Source: Bugula neritina
Lineage: Eukaryota > Animalia > Bryozoa
Reading direction: 5' to 3'
DNA length: 64,000 bases
NCBI GenBank assembly: GCA_964035545.1
Contig: OZ037766.1
Location: forward strand, 12,762,722 to 12,826,721
Position 1 is the stretch's first letter. Each line of letters starts with the position of its first letter. The notes beneath the pieces were generated by a model, which made no database searches, was not told the DNA's origin, and worked only from the letters and a program-made list of their open reading frames with translations. The position numbers and the translations under genes were made by a program. Below are positions 50,301 through 62,600 of this stretch, piece by piece.

Positions 50301-53300
50301 ACTAGTTACCGTTATACAATATCATATATCAAATTGAAAACACATTATCATCTCTAGATTCAAGAAGCAGATGAAAAGAACGTTAAGTTGCAAGAACACC
50401 TGGATGATGCTAGAACAGAATTACAGGTAAGCCTGTTACTCTTTTTATTTCACAATTGTTCACAATTCTCACGGTTTCTGTCAGCTGAAACGAACACAAC
50501 TTGGTTTGCAAATCTGTATTTAAAGCTTTCAGTATGGCAACAAATTAAAAATTATGGCATCGATGAATTTAAAAGGTACTTTCACTCTTTCTCACATGCG
50601 AACGCCTACGCGTGCGCACATTTCTATTGTATCCGTTCTCTGCATACCTTTTCTTATGTTTCTATTATATTGTCTCGTGTTTCATATAGTTCATGTCATT
50701 CTATGAAAATTATAGAGAGTCAATGAAAAGCTTGCCAGTTTATCTCAAGAGACTACCAGCGTGTCACAGAAAGAGGAAGTTATCCAGCAGTTGAAAGACG
50801 CCATTTGCGAACAAGAGTCAACTGCTAAAATACAAGACGAGGTTGCGTACTATTTAATTGCTTTCTTAAGGCTGTTGAAAAAATGTAAGCAAGTTCCAAG
50901 CAGTATATTTATAATATTTGCAGTTAAATTTTCTTCTAGAACTCATAACTTGCTGTGTTTAGGTTGTGAGGTCCAAGGAGGAGGAAATCGTTAAGTTGAA
51001 TACCGATATTTGTGAATGGCAAGAAAAGTGGCAGAGTTTGGATACTTTAGAACAAAAGAAACAGTCTCTAGAGTTGAAGTTGAGTTCTGTTGTCGAGGAA
51101 AAAGATGGCCTCTTGGTAAGTAGCTTCACTAGCAACCTAAATTTTATTATTATTTTCAATTCTTTTTACTAAAAAAACTCACAAGTTTATAGTTGCCATC
51201 CCTGTGTGAAACCCCTGATGGAGGGGGTTTTTTGTTAAATCGGGCTAAGGAGTTATTCAAATGAGGCACAGGAGCAATTATGACCGGATGCTCTTCCTAA
51301 CATCACCAATGGCCTTTGTCCTGGGCTTGAACCCACGACTTCATGCTTATGAAGCAAACACTCTACCCCCTAGACTATGGCTGCTCTCTTAATTCTTTTC
51401 ACTAGCAAATTGCTAATTCTCATTTTTGAGACATTTTTCACAACAAATATGTTTTAGATCAGAAGTAATATAAGTAATATATATGCCATGCAGATGGTAT
51501 ATTTTTAACTATTGACTATTTCCTGTTAGATCCTTTGCTATTCATCATCAACAAAGATTGGTATTTCACCTGTTGTGCCTATAATGTAACCACTTTTGTT
51601 GGGTTTTACCAAATTTCTTTCTTGCAAGTGTTGTTATAATGTCACTGGTTGATACAGAAACTGTTCAAAGCTCTTTCCATTGTTATATAATTATAGAAAT
51701 CCAGCTCTCAAATGATGGAGGACATAGAAAGTCTTAACCAAAAATCGTCAAACTTTGAAGCACAAATAGCCAAGTTAGAACAGGTGTGTTTATTAATACC
51801 TAATGTAATGGCAGTGAGTGCTAATACTTGCCTAATTTAATATAATATGCCACCAATATTTATAAATGCCTTGGATTTTTTCCCCATGTTTTGTGAAGTA
51901 GTTTTTTTCTTGAGCAGCTATTCACAGTGCTTTATTTAACATTCTTTTCTTGCTCCTTAGCCATTGGCTTGCCAGGCTTTTCTAAGATAGCTAAACATCG
52001 AAAGCTGTTATGTATAACTTGAATTTGAAGATTCAATAATTTCGTTTGGTTTCCTAAATAAAGGTACTTGGTTGTTTTACATGCATAAGCATTGTATCAA
52101 AGCCATGCAGTATTTGTGTGCCTATGGCATATCTCTATGTATGAAATATGAACTGATAATAGGCTTTGTAAAACATTTTATTCTGTTTACGTAAGTGAGG
52201 TGCAATGCAAATTCTTTGATGCATCTTCATGATTAGTATAACTTTGTGTTTAGTACTTCATTGAGTAGAGACTTTAAATATATACGATCTCACAACACAT
52301 ACGTATATAGTTAACAGTCTTTGCTTTTTCCTTTCAATTTATCTCTGTTGGTGCGTTTTGAGGTAATTTGGTGTGTTTTGGAAACTAGATAAAAAGCAAG
52401 TAATAATATAAGAGCTCCAACTGCAGAGACCAGAGTTAACTGAGCTTATTTGCCGCTTATGTGTTGTTAATTTCTGAAATTCTAATTTTAAATAATATTT
52501 TAGAGACGTTTTCCTAATATTTTGCATATATTGTATTTAAAAACTTGCTGTTGCCTTTCTGTGTATACTTGTAGGCAACATATGTATACTTGTAGGTAAC
52601 ATGTATGGTAGCCTAACCATTGTGTTATACTATGTATCTAAGATTACACATGTGTAATCTTACAATGTATTGTAACTGGTAACTGCAAACTGTGGTTTAT
52701 GTTGTTACAGAAAATATCTAAATTGGACGAAATAATTACTAGAAAGGACAAAATCATTTTGCAATTAGAGCAAAAGTTGCGTCAAAATGAATCCATAATG
52801 CAAGATATGATGATGGAGCCATATGGTGGTCGTCAGACTCGAACACAAATGGCAGCCACCAAGAAAGTTGAGGTGAGTGTCCACCAACAGTTGCAGCAGA
52901 GTCGAATTTTCAGTCATTGTTTGTGTACCGTGTCATTGAAAATCGCTTTCAGGTTGCTCATTATAACTGGGGTTGTACTAGCTTCTCATTTTATTTACTG
53001 AACACATATATGTTTTCCTGGCAAACAGCTACTCGAGAAAAAACTGAAGGAGGTGGAAGATGCATATGAGCAAGTTCTGAAAGAGAAGGAAGAACAGGTG
53101 AAGGAATCGACTCTGAGTTCTCAAAAGAAACTCAAACGCTCAGCTAACAAATCACCAATTCGAGTTAGTGATCGATTTAAGGTTCGTAATGACAGTCTAG
53201 ACTCTAGACACATGATACATTAAAATATTAGGTACAGAATGACAAAACTTATGACTAATAATTTGATACTCGTCATCTAAACTGTTTGGCAACCATGCAT

Positions 53301-55680
53301 GATAACCAAAGAATAAGGAAATGTTTTCAATTATCTTAATCGAAATACAAGTGTTCTTGTTTTGTAAATGCAAATGGTAAACTTGAATTTGCATAATAGT
53401 TTAATCTAATTACGATTATTTTTTGTTATCAACTAATTAAATACAATAAGATCTTTCCTAACACAAACTTTGAATAATAATGAAGAAGTATATTTTGTTA
53501 GGAACCAAAGTTCTGCAATGACAAAGAGCTGTCTGCCTCTACTCTAGAGCTCGACGTCACACCAATGTCATCTAGTAAAAAGAACCAACAAGCTGTTGTA
53601 AGTACTCAATCTGCATAGCTGAGTACCACAAGTGATTTTGACTTTAGCGTTAATCAATCAATTATTGTCATTACTTGATCTCAATAATATCTGTTATTAG
53701 TTGAATAGCTCTTGCTAGAGGCCCAGGGAATTTGAATTTGTCCAATAGGGATAGATCATGTTTTTGTGGAAAAAGTATATTAGAACACGCTTTTCAAGGT
53801 TTGAAAATTTGATAATATGTCAATGTGCAACTATAGATTAGCGTTTAGCTTAGAATTTTGAGTTTGAAAACTTTAAAAACTACAACTTAGCTTTGATTTA
53901 TAGTCTCCGTCAAATTTTTTAATTATATTGGTTATTCTGCAAAATGACAAAGAATAATAATTGTTGACTGAGATCGGTGCTCTAAAGAATAAATGTGTAT
54001 CTGTATGAGTGAGTCATAGCTACCACCTGACCATTTGTAAACGTGAGCTAGTTGGTAATTTTGTTGGAGTTACACTCTCAACCTATGTCTGCCTAAAAGC
54101 TCATACAATCAGTGGTCCCACCATAAATTTATCTCTAAATAAACATTAATCTATCTACAATTTAATTAATTTTCCTGGATACTGTAGAGGTCAAGCTCCA
54201 GGCTGAAAGCCTCCAGTCAGAAAGGAAGCACTCTGAAGCGTCTGAGAGAAATTGTTGGAAATTCAACATCTCCTTTGTCATCACCAGGTAAAAATATTTC
54301 CTACGGTTATACTTTTAAGCATAATATAGTGTAGATGAAATGCTTGCTGTTTGTTTGCTATCCACCTATACATTTTTCTGGCATGGACTATTTGCATCTG
54401 TTTGAGATAAGCAGGTGGCTATTCTCAATGATACTGACCATTCATTAAGGTAGTTGCAGGTGTTTTTCTCATTAGAAAAAAAGTTGTAAATGGTCAAAAT
54501 AAACCAGCTGGCTCTCAACTCTTTTTGATTCATTTCTTAAGTATTATATTGTTTTATTTATCACCTTAACCCCCTACCGTCTTTCATACATTGCAAATCC
54601 AATTATATGTTTTCGCATAATGTATAATTTGCTTGGCATATACTCATTTATACCAGTTTTGCTACTTATAATTGGCCTATAATTACAGCAACACATAATA
54701 GGATATATAGTTAAGCTCTTGCAAGTCATTATGAAAGAGAAAGACGTTTTGCTTAAATTTTCTCACTCATTAGTTAAAGACAACTGCTTTATAAATTATT
54801 TTAAGTGTCTTGTTTAAATTCAGGAATTTTGTAATTGTCAAAGCTCAACTTTTTAATTTTGCAGTTTTCTCTGAGTCTTCACCAGAGAACGATGGTATAT
54901 ATAGTATTTATTATTTTTTCTCTTTTAATCTAATTATGATTGTTTCTATTTCACTCACTGGTTCCTTCCTAACATTCAGTCTTGGTGATTCCTTTTAATG
55001 TTTCAATTATAATATTTTGTATTTACTTTGACTTTGCATTTATGTGATGTTGATAGTTTTTACCATTCACATTTCAAATTGATATTGAAATCACTGCAAG
55101 TTATTTATCTGCTTGCAGCTAAAAAGATTCTGCAGGTAAAGATCACACCTTTACAGAAGTCATCTGATTCAGAAGAGAAAGTCCGCTCGAAGAGGCGGAG
55201 GAAGTTATACAAACCAGATGAGAACACACTGACTGCTGACTCCACACCTAAAGATGCAAGTTTTATACTGTCAGCAATTTGTGTGTTTTCATACAACTAT
55301 AAGTTAGCATAGATACTAATGATAAGGAAGAGTGTGACTTATTTCTTTGTTTTCATAACTTACAATTTAAAACATGCATAGAAGTTGTGTGCCCTTAAAC
55401 TTTCTGCTTCTTAGTTACAGTCGTGTGTCTTTGCGTTCAAACTCTAAGCACTCTTGTATACATATCATTGACTATTTTGATACCATCAGTTAGTATGATG
55501 TTTAAGGTCAAAATTTAATAATCAAATTGTTGCTAACTGAATTTCTTTTGATTGCCCACTCTTGTTTCTTTCAACATATTTAATTTCACTGTTTTGCAGG
55601 TGGCCAAGAAAAAATCACAGACTTCTGCAACAAATGTGCATGACATTGTATGCCGCAATATGAAAAGCCGACGATTTTAA
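35392..55680 (+). CDS. KIF20: Kinesin-6 family KIF20 gene, long (KIF20B-like) isoform, ~34-35 exons, roughly 1500-1550 aa
   Basis: VFLRIRP, P-loop YGVTNSGKTYT, long loop-6 insert, VWVSFAEIYNEQIHDLL, NEKSSRSH, DLAGSER, PFRESKLTRLFQ. Then many in-phase coiled-coil exons (44821-44897, 45747-45925, 46314-46449, 46717-46950, 47555-47737 ... 55119-55255, 55600-55680). A few internal boundaries are uncertain. Confidence 0.9.
43558..43946 (+). CDS. KIF20: Alternative terminal exon of KIF20 (short isoform, ~880 aa)
   Basis: Acceptor GGCAG|GT is phase 1, matching the donor at 43444. 129 open codons, Ser/Lys/Arg-rich, ending RSYETRSRLRKK*. AATAAA at 43942 and 44330. Confidence 0.72.
49550..49581. repeat. 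(CA)n(CG)n(CA)n alternating purine-pyrimidine microsatellite
   Basis: GCACACACACACGCGCGCGCACACACACACAC. Confidence 0.85.
51171..51389 (-). mobile_element. tRNA-derived SINE, family A (intronic in KIF20)
   Basis: Collinear with 15134-15345: CCATCCTGTGTGAAACCCCTGATGG...GGAGCAATTATGACCGGATGCTCTTCCTAACATCACC...TTGAACCC...CTAGACTATGGCTGCTC. Confidence 0.85.
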
Positions 55681-56049
55681 TTATTTTTTTACTGTTACAG
55701 TACTTTATAGTTTTGTCGTTTAAACTTTATAACTATATTTTACCTTTGTGATATTTATCTTTCTAATTATTTTAATTTCATTTTCATCTAAACCATACAT
55801 ATATTTTGCTGTGGAAACATTGCTTTTATAATCATATTTACAGTCAACTACAATACGTTAATTAGAAATATATTCTGGCATAATTGATTGCATTTACCTG
55901 GTCGAATTATTTTCATTTGCTAACCAACTAAAGCTGCTGTTGATAGTTGCAGGAAGCATCAGAACTTATATTGGTATTTGGAATTTCTCTCAGGTTTTGT
56001 GCTGATGGAACCAAAAGGTGATAGATTTGGTAGCATGAAAGAAATAATT

Positions 56050-56900
56050 CACTTCAGCAAAACAAACAACAAAAGCCATAAAACTTTCTTGCTCTTGGAT
56101 TATTATTCTTTTGAATATTGGTATTAACGCAGCCGTTGAGAGATACCAGATATCTTCTCCAAAACTCAACTGAAATTTTATTGTGCACGTTGCAGGACAT
56201 GGACATAATCGTGAGTAATCTAAACAAATCCGTACTGGCTAATTTGTCAGACAAACCCAGCATATGCACAATAGAAATAAAAAACTGCAAAACATTGAGG
56301 TAAAAAATTTTGGGGAAATTGCTTTACCCTCGACACCAACTAGCCTTTCTGCTTTTGAGAAAATTCCCAACATGATTAGAAACTTTGCAGGTCTGGAGAG
56401 CTGTGTGTATAGTTGAAGATTTTCTGTAAGTGGCGAAATGCTGAAAACACCTTTAATGGCCTCATAATAGGTTCTTGGTTGCAGCCATACCAATAGTACC
56501 TTTAATTAGTACAAAGGTTATATACATTAAATCCATCACTCTGGACTTCATAAAACTCAAGCAATTAATTTTGGGAGAATACAACTCTGAATTTGAACTA
56601 TGGGCCATTTAAGTATGTGGCCATACCAATCCAACTTGTTATAACATGTTATTGGATAGGTAGTGCAAAGGAATTATTATTCAATAGATATAATAAGTTT
56701 TCTGAGATGCTGCATCTAGAAGCCAGCTTACAAACAAATGAATACTGAATAGATGAAGTGAATAATATTTAGTTCAGTTGAGAATCAGTATAGATTGAAG
56801 CAATTTTCACCTTAGCTAGCCATTACAGAAACCTTTCATCATCCACCTTTCTCCAGTATAGATTTAGAAAACACATTCAAGAGTTCAATCTAAAAACAAC
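56050..56900 (-). pseudogene. Inverted, decayed partial duplicate of ASTE1 (exons ~3-5 with introns)
   Basis: Reverse complement aligns by eye with ~60950-61830, e.g. TTTCTGTAATGGCTAGCTAAGGTGA, TACACAGCTCTCCAGACCTGCAAAGTTTC, TAGCCAGTACGGATTTGTTTAGATTACTCACGATTATGTCC, GTTGAGTTTTGGAGAAGATATC. Contains indels and frameshifts. Confidence 0.85.
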
Positions 56901-57689
56901 TTTTTATGATGGTATTTATTACAGTTTTGACAACTCCAAATAGCTAATAAAACAGGCTCCAGCAATGCGGCATGAAACGAATAACGTTAGATGCAACACA
57001 AATCTAAGGATCATTAGGTTCAGTGTCTATAGATATTAGTATTATTGTTGGACAAACTCTGAAACAGGCTTGAAAGTTCTAACCACTGCACTCAGTGACC
57101 ACCAAGCTTGCGCTGTTTCAAACGATTTGCAAGTAACGCTGCCTACCACCACACTCCACAGTATCATGATCAGTATGAGTATCGCGGTGGTAATATTGCT
57201 AAAGATAGCAATAGTAATACAAGTTATAAACAAATTGAACATATGTAATATAACCATATTTTGATCTAACGACAAAAATCAATATAGATATTACTATTAG
57301 TATTAGTCTTCTACTTCTAGACATTACATTTACTGTAACAATCTGAATTTCAGTTTCAGTTTGAGTTTGTCACGTTGCATCCTCAGGCTCATCCTTATCT
57401 TCATATTCAAAGTGATATTCAAATATGATATTCATATTGATGTTGACCCTCAAGCTCAGACTTATTGCAGTAAAATAAATTTACTCACTATAACTATTAC
57501 ACTTACAGTGCTGTTACTCAAACTCATACTGGTACTCACAGTAATATAAATAATAAGATATCAGTCATACTCATTGTCATAGTCATAGTGATGATCATTA
57601 TAATTATTCATTAGACTTAGTGATACTGATTAGACTCATCAGACTAGTCATTACAGTTACACTTACAGTTAGTCATCAAGTGATCATGA

Positions 57690-58300
57690 TAGAACGTGCA
57701 CTCTACTGGGCCCCCAGGAGAGCAAAGCTTATTGCCTACAAAGCCCTCTGTCTCCCACACTTGGAATATGCCAGTGCAGCCTGGGACCCATCTAGCAAAA
57801 ATCATATAAGTATAATGGAGAATGTTCAAACAGATGCTGTGCATTTTATCTCTAACAGCAAAGGAAGAACTGATATTGGGGAGGAGATGAAAAAGCTGTG
57901 TTTGGAGCCGCTTGATCTAAGGAGGAAAAGCCGACGCATCAGCCTTCTCCTAAAAATATTGTCTAAAGAAGAACAACATCCAACTCTGAGTGCTGCCTAT
58001 GATGATTTTCTAGATCAGCAGACCACAAGCACTGTACAGACTCGGTCTCAGGTTTCAGGATTTCCCATATCAGTGAGAGCAAACAGGAATGGGTATCTTT
58101 ATAGTTTTCTCCCAAGAACAATAAGAGATATGAGAATCAGCACTGATCACACACAGACAGGCTAGTTAGCCTGTTAAGTTAATATGCACAAGAATGTTAA
58201 CACTTTTTAGACTACTGTCCAAGTACTGACAACTTAGTTTTTTATATGAGGCACACCCCTTCTTCCCTCTAGGGGGGTCCAGTGTGGAAATAACATCGAC
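57690..58300 (+). mobile_element. 5'-truncated non-LTR retrotransposon (CR1/L2-group-like ORF2 C-terminus plus 3' UTR)
   Basis: AKLIAYKALCLPHLEYASAAWDP...LEPLDLRRK...YSFLPRTIRD matches the post-RT region of such LINEs. Boundaries approximate. Confidence 0.85.
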
Positions 58301-59168
58301 AGGTATCAAGCATCATTATACTTGATCATTTAACTGAATTAGTCAATGATATTGAATCACAGTATGATGATGTTAACTATTAGTTTTAGTATTAGAATTA
58401 ATTTAGATGGCTATTTTATCATATTACTAGTACAATAAGTATTAGTATAAGTATAAGTATTACATATTGATATGCATATGCCCTATTCATATTGTCATGG
58501 TTGTGATATTGGTTATCAGTATACTATGGGCTAGGCATGGTTATTTTAGTTGACTATTAAAAGTAATACTAATCAATGAATTGACATAGTTAATCTTAAA
58601 TTAAAAGTAAATAAATATTAAACAAAGAAAAGCTATACTGTTAGAGTAACTTATAATGATATTATAATTGTATTATTTCCAACACAGGCTGAGCTATGTT
58701 AATAAGTAAAGTTATAGTAATATCTATTGATTAGTTATAGTTCTATAATACATTGCTTTAGCTATTTTCTGTGTTGTAGCATACTTGCAAGTCAGACTAC
58801 CTTTTTCTTCTTCCTGCACAAAGTTTCAATATATTTCAGCTTAACAATGGTTCAATATATTATTCAGCTCATGTAATAAGGCATATTCTCCTGCAGGATT
58901 TAGATTTAAAAACTGAATAATATGTAAGTAAACATTCCTAGTAATCATTAACTCGCTCACATAGGACTAGGTTTATTGTCACTATTCCTCTGAAAAAACG
59001 CTAATGGAAGGGGTTTTTCAAAGTGGTCTAATATAAAGACTTGTTTTCTATTGTGGTAGAGGAGCAATTATGACTGAATGCTCTTCCCAACACCAATTGC
59101 CTTTACTGGAATTTAAACCACTGGTCCTGTGTTTATTAAGCCAGTGCTTTAACCACTACTGACTAGAC

Positions 59169-59403
59169 CAGGGGTGGGCAACTAGGGGCTCCAGGGCCAC
59201 TTGTTGCCCTTTGACCATTTTTCAGTTGCCCTTTCAATGCTTAAGATAAGTAAAAGATGTCATTGTTATTCTGAATTAGCACTGCATAGGTTTGGTGACA
59301 AATTTCTTTCATATAATAAAGTTTAATGTGTACAATCATGTGGCATTTCGTTTTGACTGACTTCTGAACTTGGCCCTCGAGCAAAAGAAGTTGCCCACCC
59401 TTG
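59169..59403. mobile_element. hAT (Charlie-like) MITE, 235 bp
   Basis: TIRs CAGGGGTGGGCAACT / AGTTGCCCACCCTTG (1 mismatch). Perfect 8-bp TSD GACTAGAC at 59161-59168 and 59404-59411. Confidence 0.93.
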
Positions 59404-59612
59404 GACTAGACCATGCCAAGGAATCTCTAACTTTCTTGTTTTAAAGTTAGCACTGCTATAAAATTTGTCATAATTGGTTTTATTGATCGAAATAGACATA
59501 ATCATAGTATAAATTTTAATTGCATGTTTTAGCAATGGCTAATAACTCTTGAGGTAGTATATGGAGAACTTTTTGAACCGATTTTACCATACTTCACCGT
59601 TGATGCCAAGAA

Positions 59613-62600
59613 ATGGGGATAAAAGGACTTGCTCGCTTCATCAATGAGAATGCTGATAACTTCCTGTTGCCGGAGGTATTAGACTGTGGTGTGCTGGTTT
59701 TAGACGGTTACAATGTACTCCATGATTTGTACTATACATCTCCTGCCGAGACAGCTTATGGTGGAGACTATGATGTGTTTGCTGATGCTGTCGCACAATT
59801 TTGTGAGAAGCTGAAAGACAATGGAATTAAACCATATTTTGTGTTTGATGGCTCATCAGACTTGCTTGATGCAAAGTTCGGCACCCGAAAAGAGCGGGCT
59901 AAGAAACGAATTCATTTAGCTAGTATGTCAAGTCACCGAAAAAGAGCAAAAATTTTACCAGCTCTTGCCTTCAAAGTAAGTACTATTGAAAATAGGTTGT
60001 GTTGTTGGCAGTAGATTAAGTGTTTTGGTGCACTTTATAGATATCCAAATAATGTTCATATCTAATAGTAGCAGACTATGAAATAAAGTGCGAACTATCT
60101 TAAGTATTGTTTTTTTTAGCCTATTACATGTCTAGTTTGTCTTAAAAGTGGTAGACTCCTCTTTAATATAATTCTAAATTTGTTGATTTTTTGAATTTGA
60201 TGAAAATAAGTTATAATATTTATATATCTGTTATCATTGAATTTTACCCTTTTTGTCAAAAAAATATCTTGCTGTTATTTCTTTAATCTAAGCTGTAAAC
60301 TAGCATTCCTATTTACATAAGTCAAGTGTGCAATTTTGAATTTTTAAACTTCTTGTTGCTTTCAGCGATTGATATTATATTGGAAATTTATTTCTAAGTT
60401 GTTATATCTTCACCAGCTAAGTCTACTCAGTTGATTGTAATTATTTGATATTACCGGTGTAGGTTTGTGTAGAAAAGCTGAAGGAGTTGGATATAAAGTT
60501 GTGTGTGTGTGACCACGAGGCAGACGACCAACTGGCTAGTGTAGCCTACCAGTGGAACTGCCCCCTGGTGAGCAGTGATGGAGATTTCTTTCTCTTTGAT
60601 TTGCCGGCAGGAGTCATTTTTGTAAAGGACCTGATGGAAGCAACAACAACAACTCATAATGGGTAAATAAGCTGCTCTTTAAGATTGATATGTTTTCACT
60701 GGTTTTTAAAAGGTAAATGTTTCTATTTATGTTACTAGCATTTAAACAAAATGCCTGCGTTTAACCTTTTTTTAATTATGGTGTGTATTTCTGTTGCCTT
60801 TTAGTGGTGATGTGCTGAAGGCTCCGGTGTACAAAATTTCCAGGTTCTGTGATTTTTATAAAATTAAAGATTCCTCATTGGTCTCCTTACTCTCTGTCAT
60901 TTGTGGTAATGACTGCTTTGCTGAAGCTATTTTCAGTCCATTTAGAAGATCTCTGCAGGGGAATACTAGTGTCTTCGATTATAAAAAGTTTCTGCAATGG
61001 CTAGCTAAGGTGAGCATTTTCGCTCCTGTAATCAACTAAGTTTTTACAAGATTTATCTCCTCATATGTAAGCTAGCTTCTAGGTGCAGTATTTCATAAAT
61101 ATTGAATAACAGTTTATCTGCACTATCCAATAACATTATACAATAATAAGGTAGATTTACATAACCACGCATCTATATGCCTTAGTATAAATTCAGAGTT
61201 GTGTTCTTTCAGTATCAATTGCTTGAGTTTTCTCAAGTACAAAGTAGTTGATGTACATAAACTTTGTATCAATTATTATTAATGGCTACAGCTTAGAACC
61301 TATTCGTGTTGACAGCAGTTCTATTTTATCGCAGTACAACAGTATAGATGAGGCCCTTAAAGGTATTTTCAGTATTCAGTCACGTTCAGAAAAGCTCAAA
61401 CAAAAGATACACACAGTTCTCCAGACCTACAAAGTTTCGGCTAATCATGTTGGGGATTTTCTTGAGGGCAGTAAGGTTGGTTGATGCCAAGAGTCAATCT
61501 TTCACCTCCCATCGCATCATTGATGCAAATTTTCATTTCACCAACTTCTTTCAAATGTTCAACAGATGTTTTAAATTCTCTATTGTGCGTATGTTCTCAC
61601 CTATCTCCGCTTTGACCTGTTCGGGTAGCGGTATTGTGCATTTGTTGAGTTGTGTTTAATAACGAGTTAGCCCGTACTGATTTGTTTAGGTTACTCACGA
61701 CTATGTTCATGTGCTGCACAGCAAGCTTCCAGCTGAGTTTTGGAGAAAATATCGTTGTGCTAATATCTCTAAACGTTTGCTTGAAATACTGATATTCAAA
61801 AGAAGAATAATCTCTGTACAGGTAGGTTTTATGGCTCGTAAATTCGGTCATTTTGTCCTTATACACACATACATAAGCCACAAAATTAGGGTCCAAGCCG
61901 TTCTCGTGACCTATAGAATTTTGTGAGAAGTGGAACTGTGAGATATGGAGGAAGCACTCTATTTATTTTAGTGGTATAGCTTGTATAAACATCTCCCCTC
62001 TGTTAAAGGGTGGAAACTTGGTGTTCGTAAAAGTTCTGCTGCTTCATAGTTTAATGTTATCATTATGTAGATGGAGAAAATGAGTAACTCTAGCGCGTGG
62101 GTCACCTCTCAGTCAATTCGGAAAAAGACCTATCAGATTTTGTCTGCGTCTACTGATGATGGTATAGCATCAGTTAGAGAGTATGACAGGGTATGCAAAA
62201 ACTTGGTGCCTTCCGATGTTACTGTTGATATGGCCAGCACTGATCTCTCTCTACTTGAGCTCTATTCAAACTCAGAAATGGAAAGACTTGAACTGTTTTA
62301 TTCAACTCTTGGAATAAGCGATTCTGACATCATTGATATCACATCGTATGAAAAGCGAGATATCAACATCTTGACTTCTGTCATAGTTTACTGGATTAGA
62401 AATTCTCAGCCACAAGTTCATAAGATGTAAGTTGCTTAGTACTTCATATCAAAAATTATTTTATTTATATTTCGATTTTGTGGTGGTTTTTTTCCTTTAC
62501 TATTTTATTATTATAATGCATTTATGTTTATTCAACAAGAATTATTTTTACATTTTATTTCACATTAGTTTGTGCCTTTTTTAGTTTTTTCATTATCAGT

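Noticed and set aside
52562-52676. Short direct repeat and 22-bp palindrome AAGATTACACATGTGTAATCTT in a KIF20 intron
   Set aside because: Small, AT-rich, no TSD or second copy; likely local slippage.
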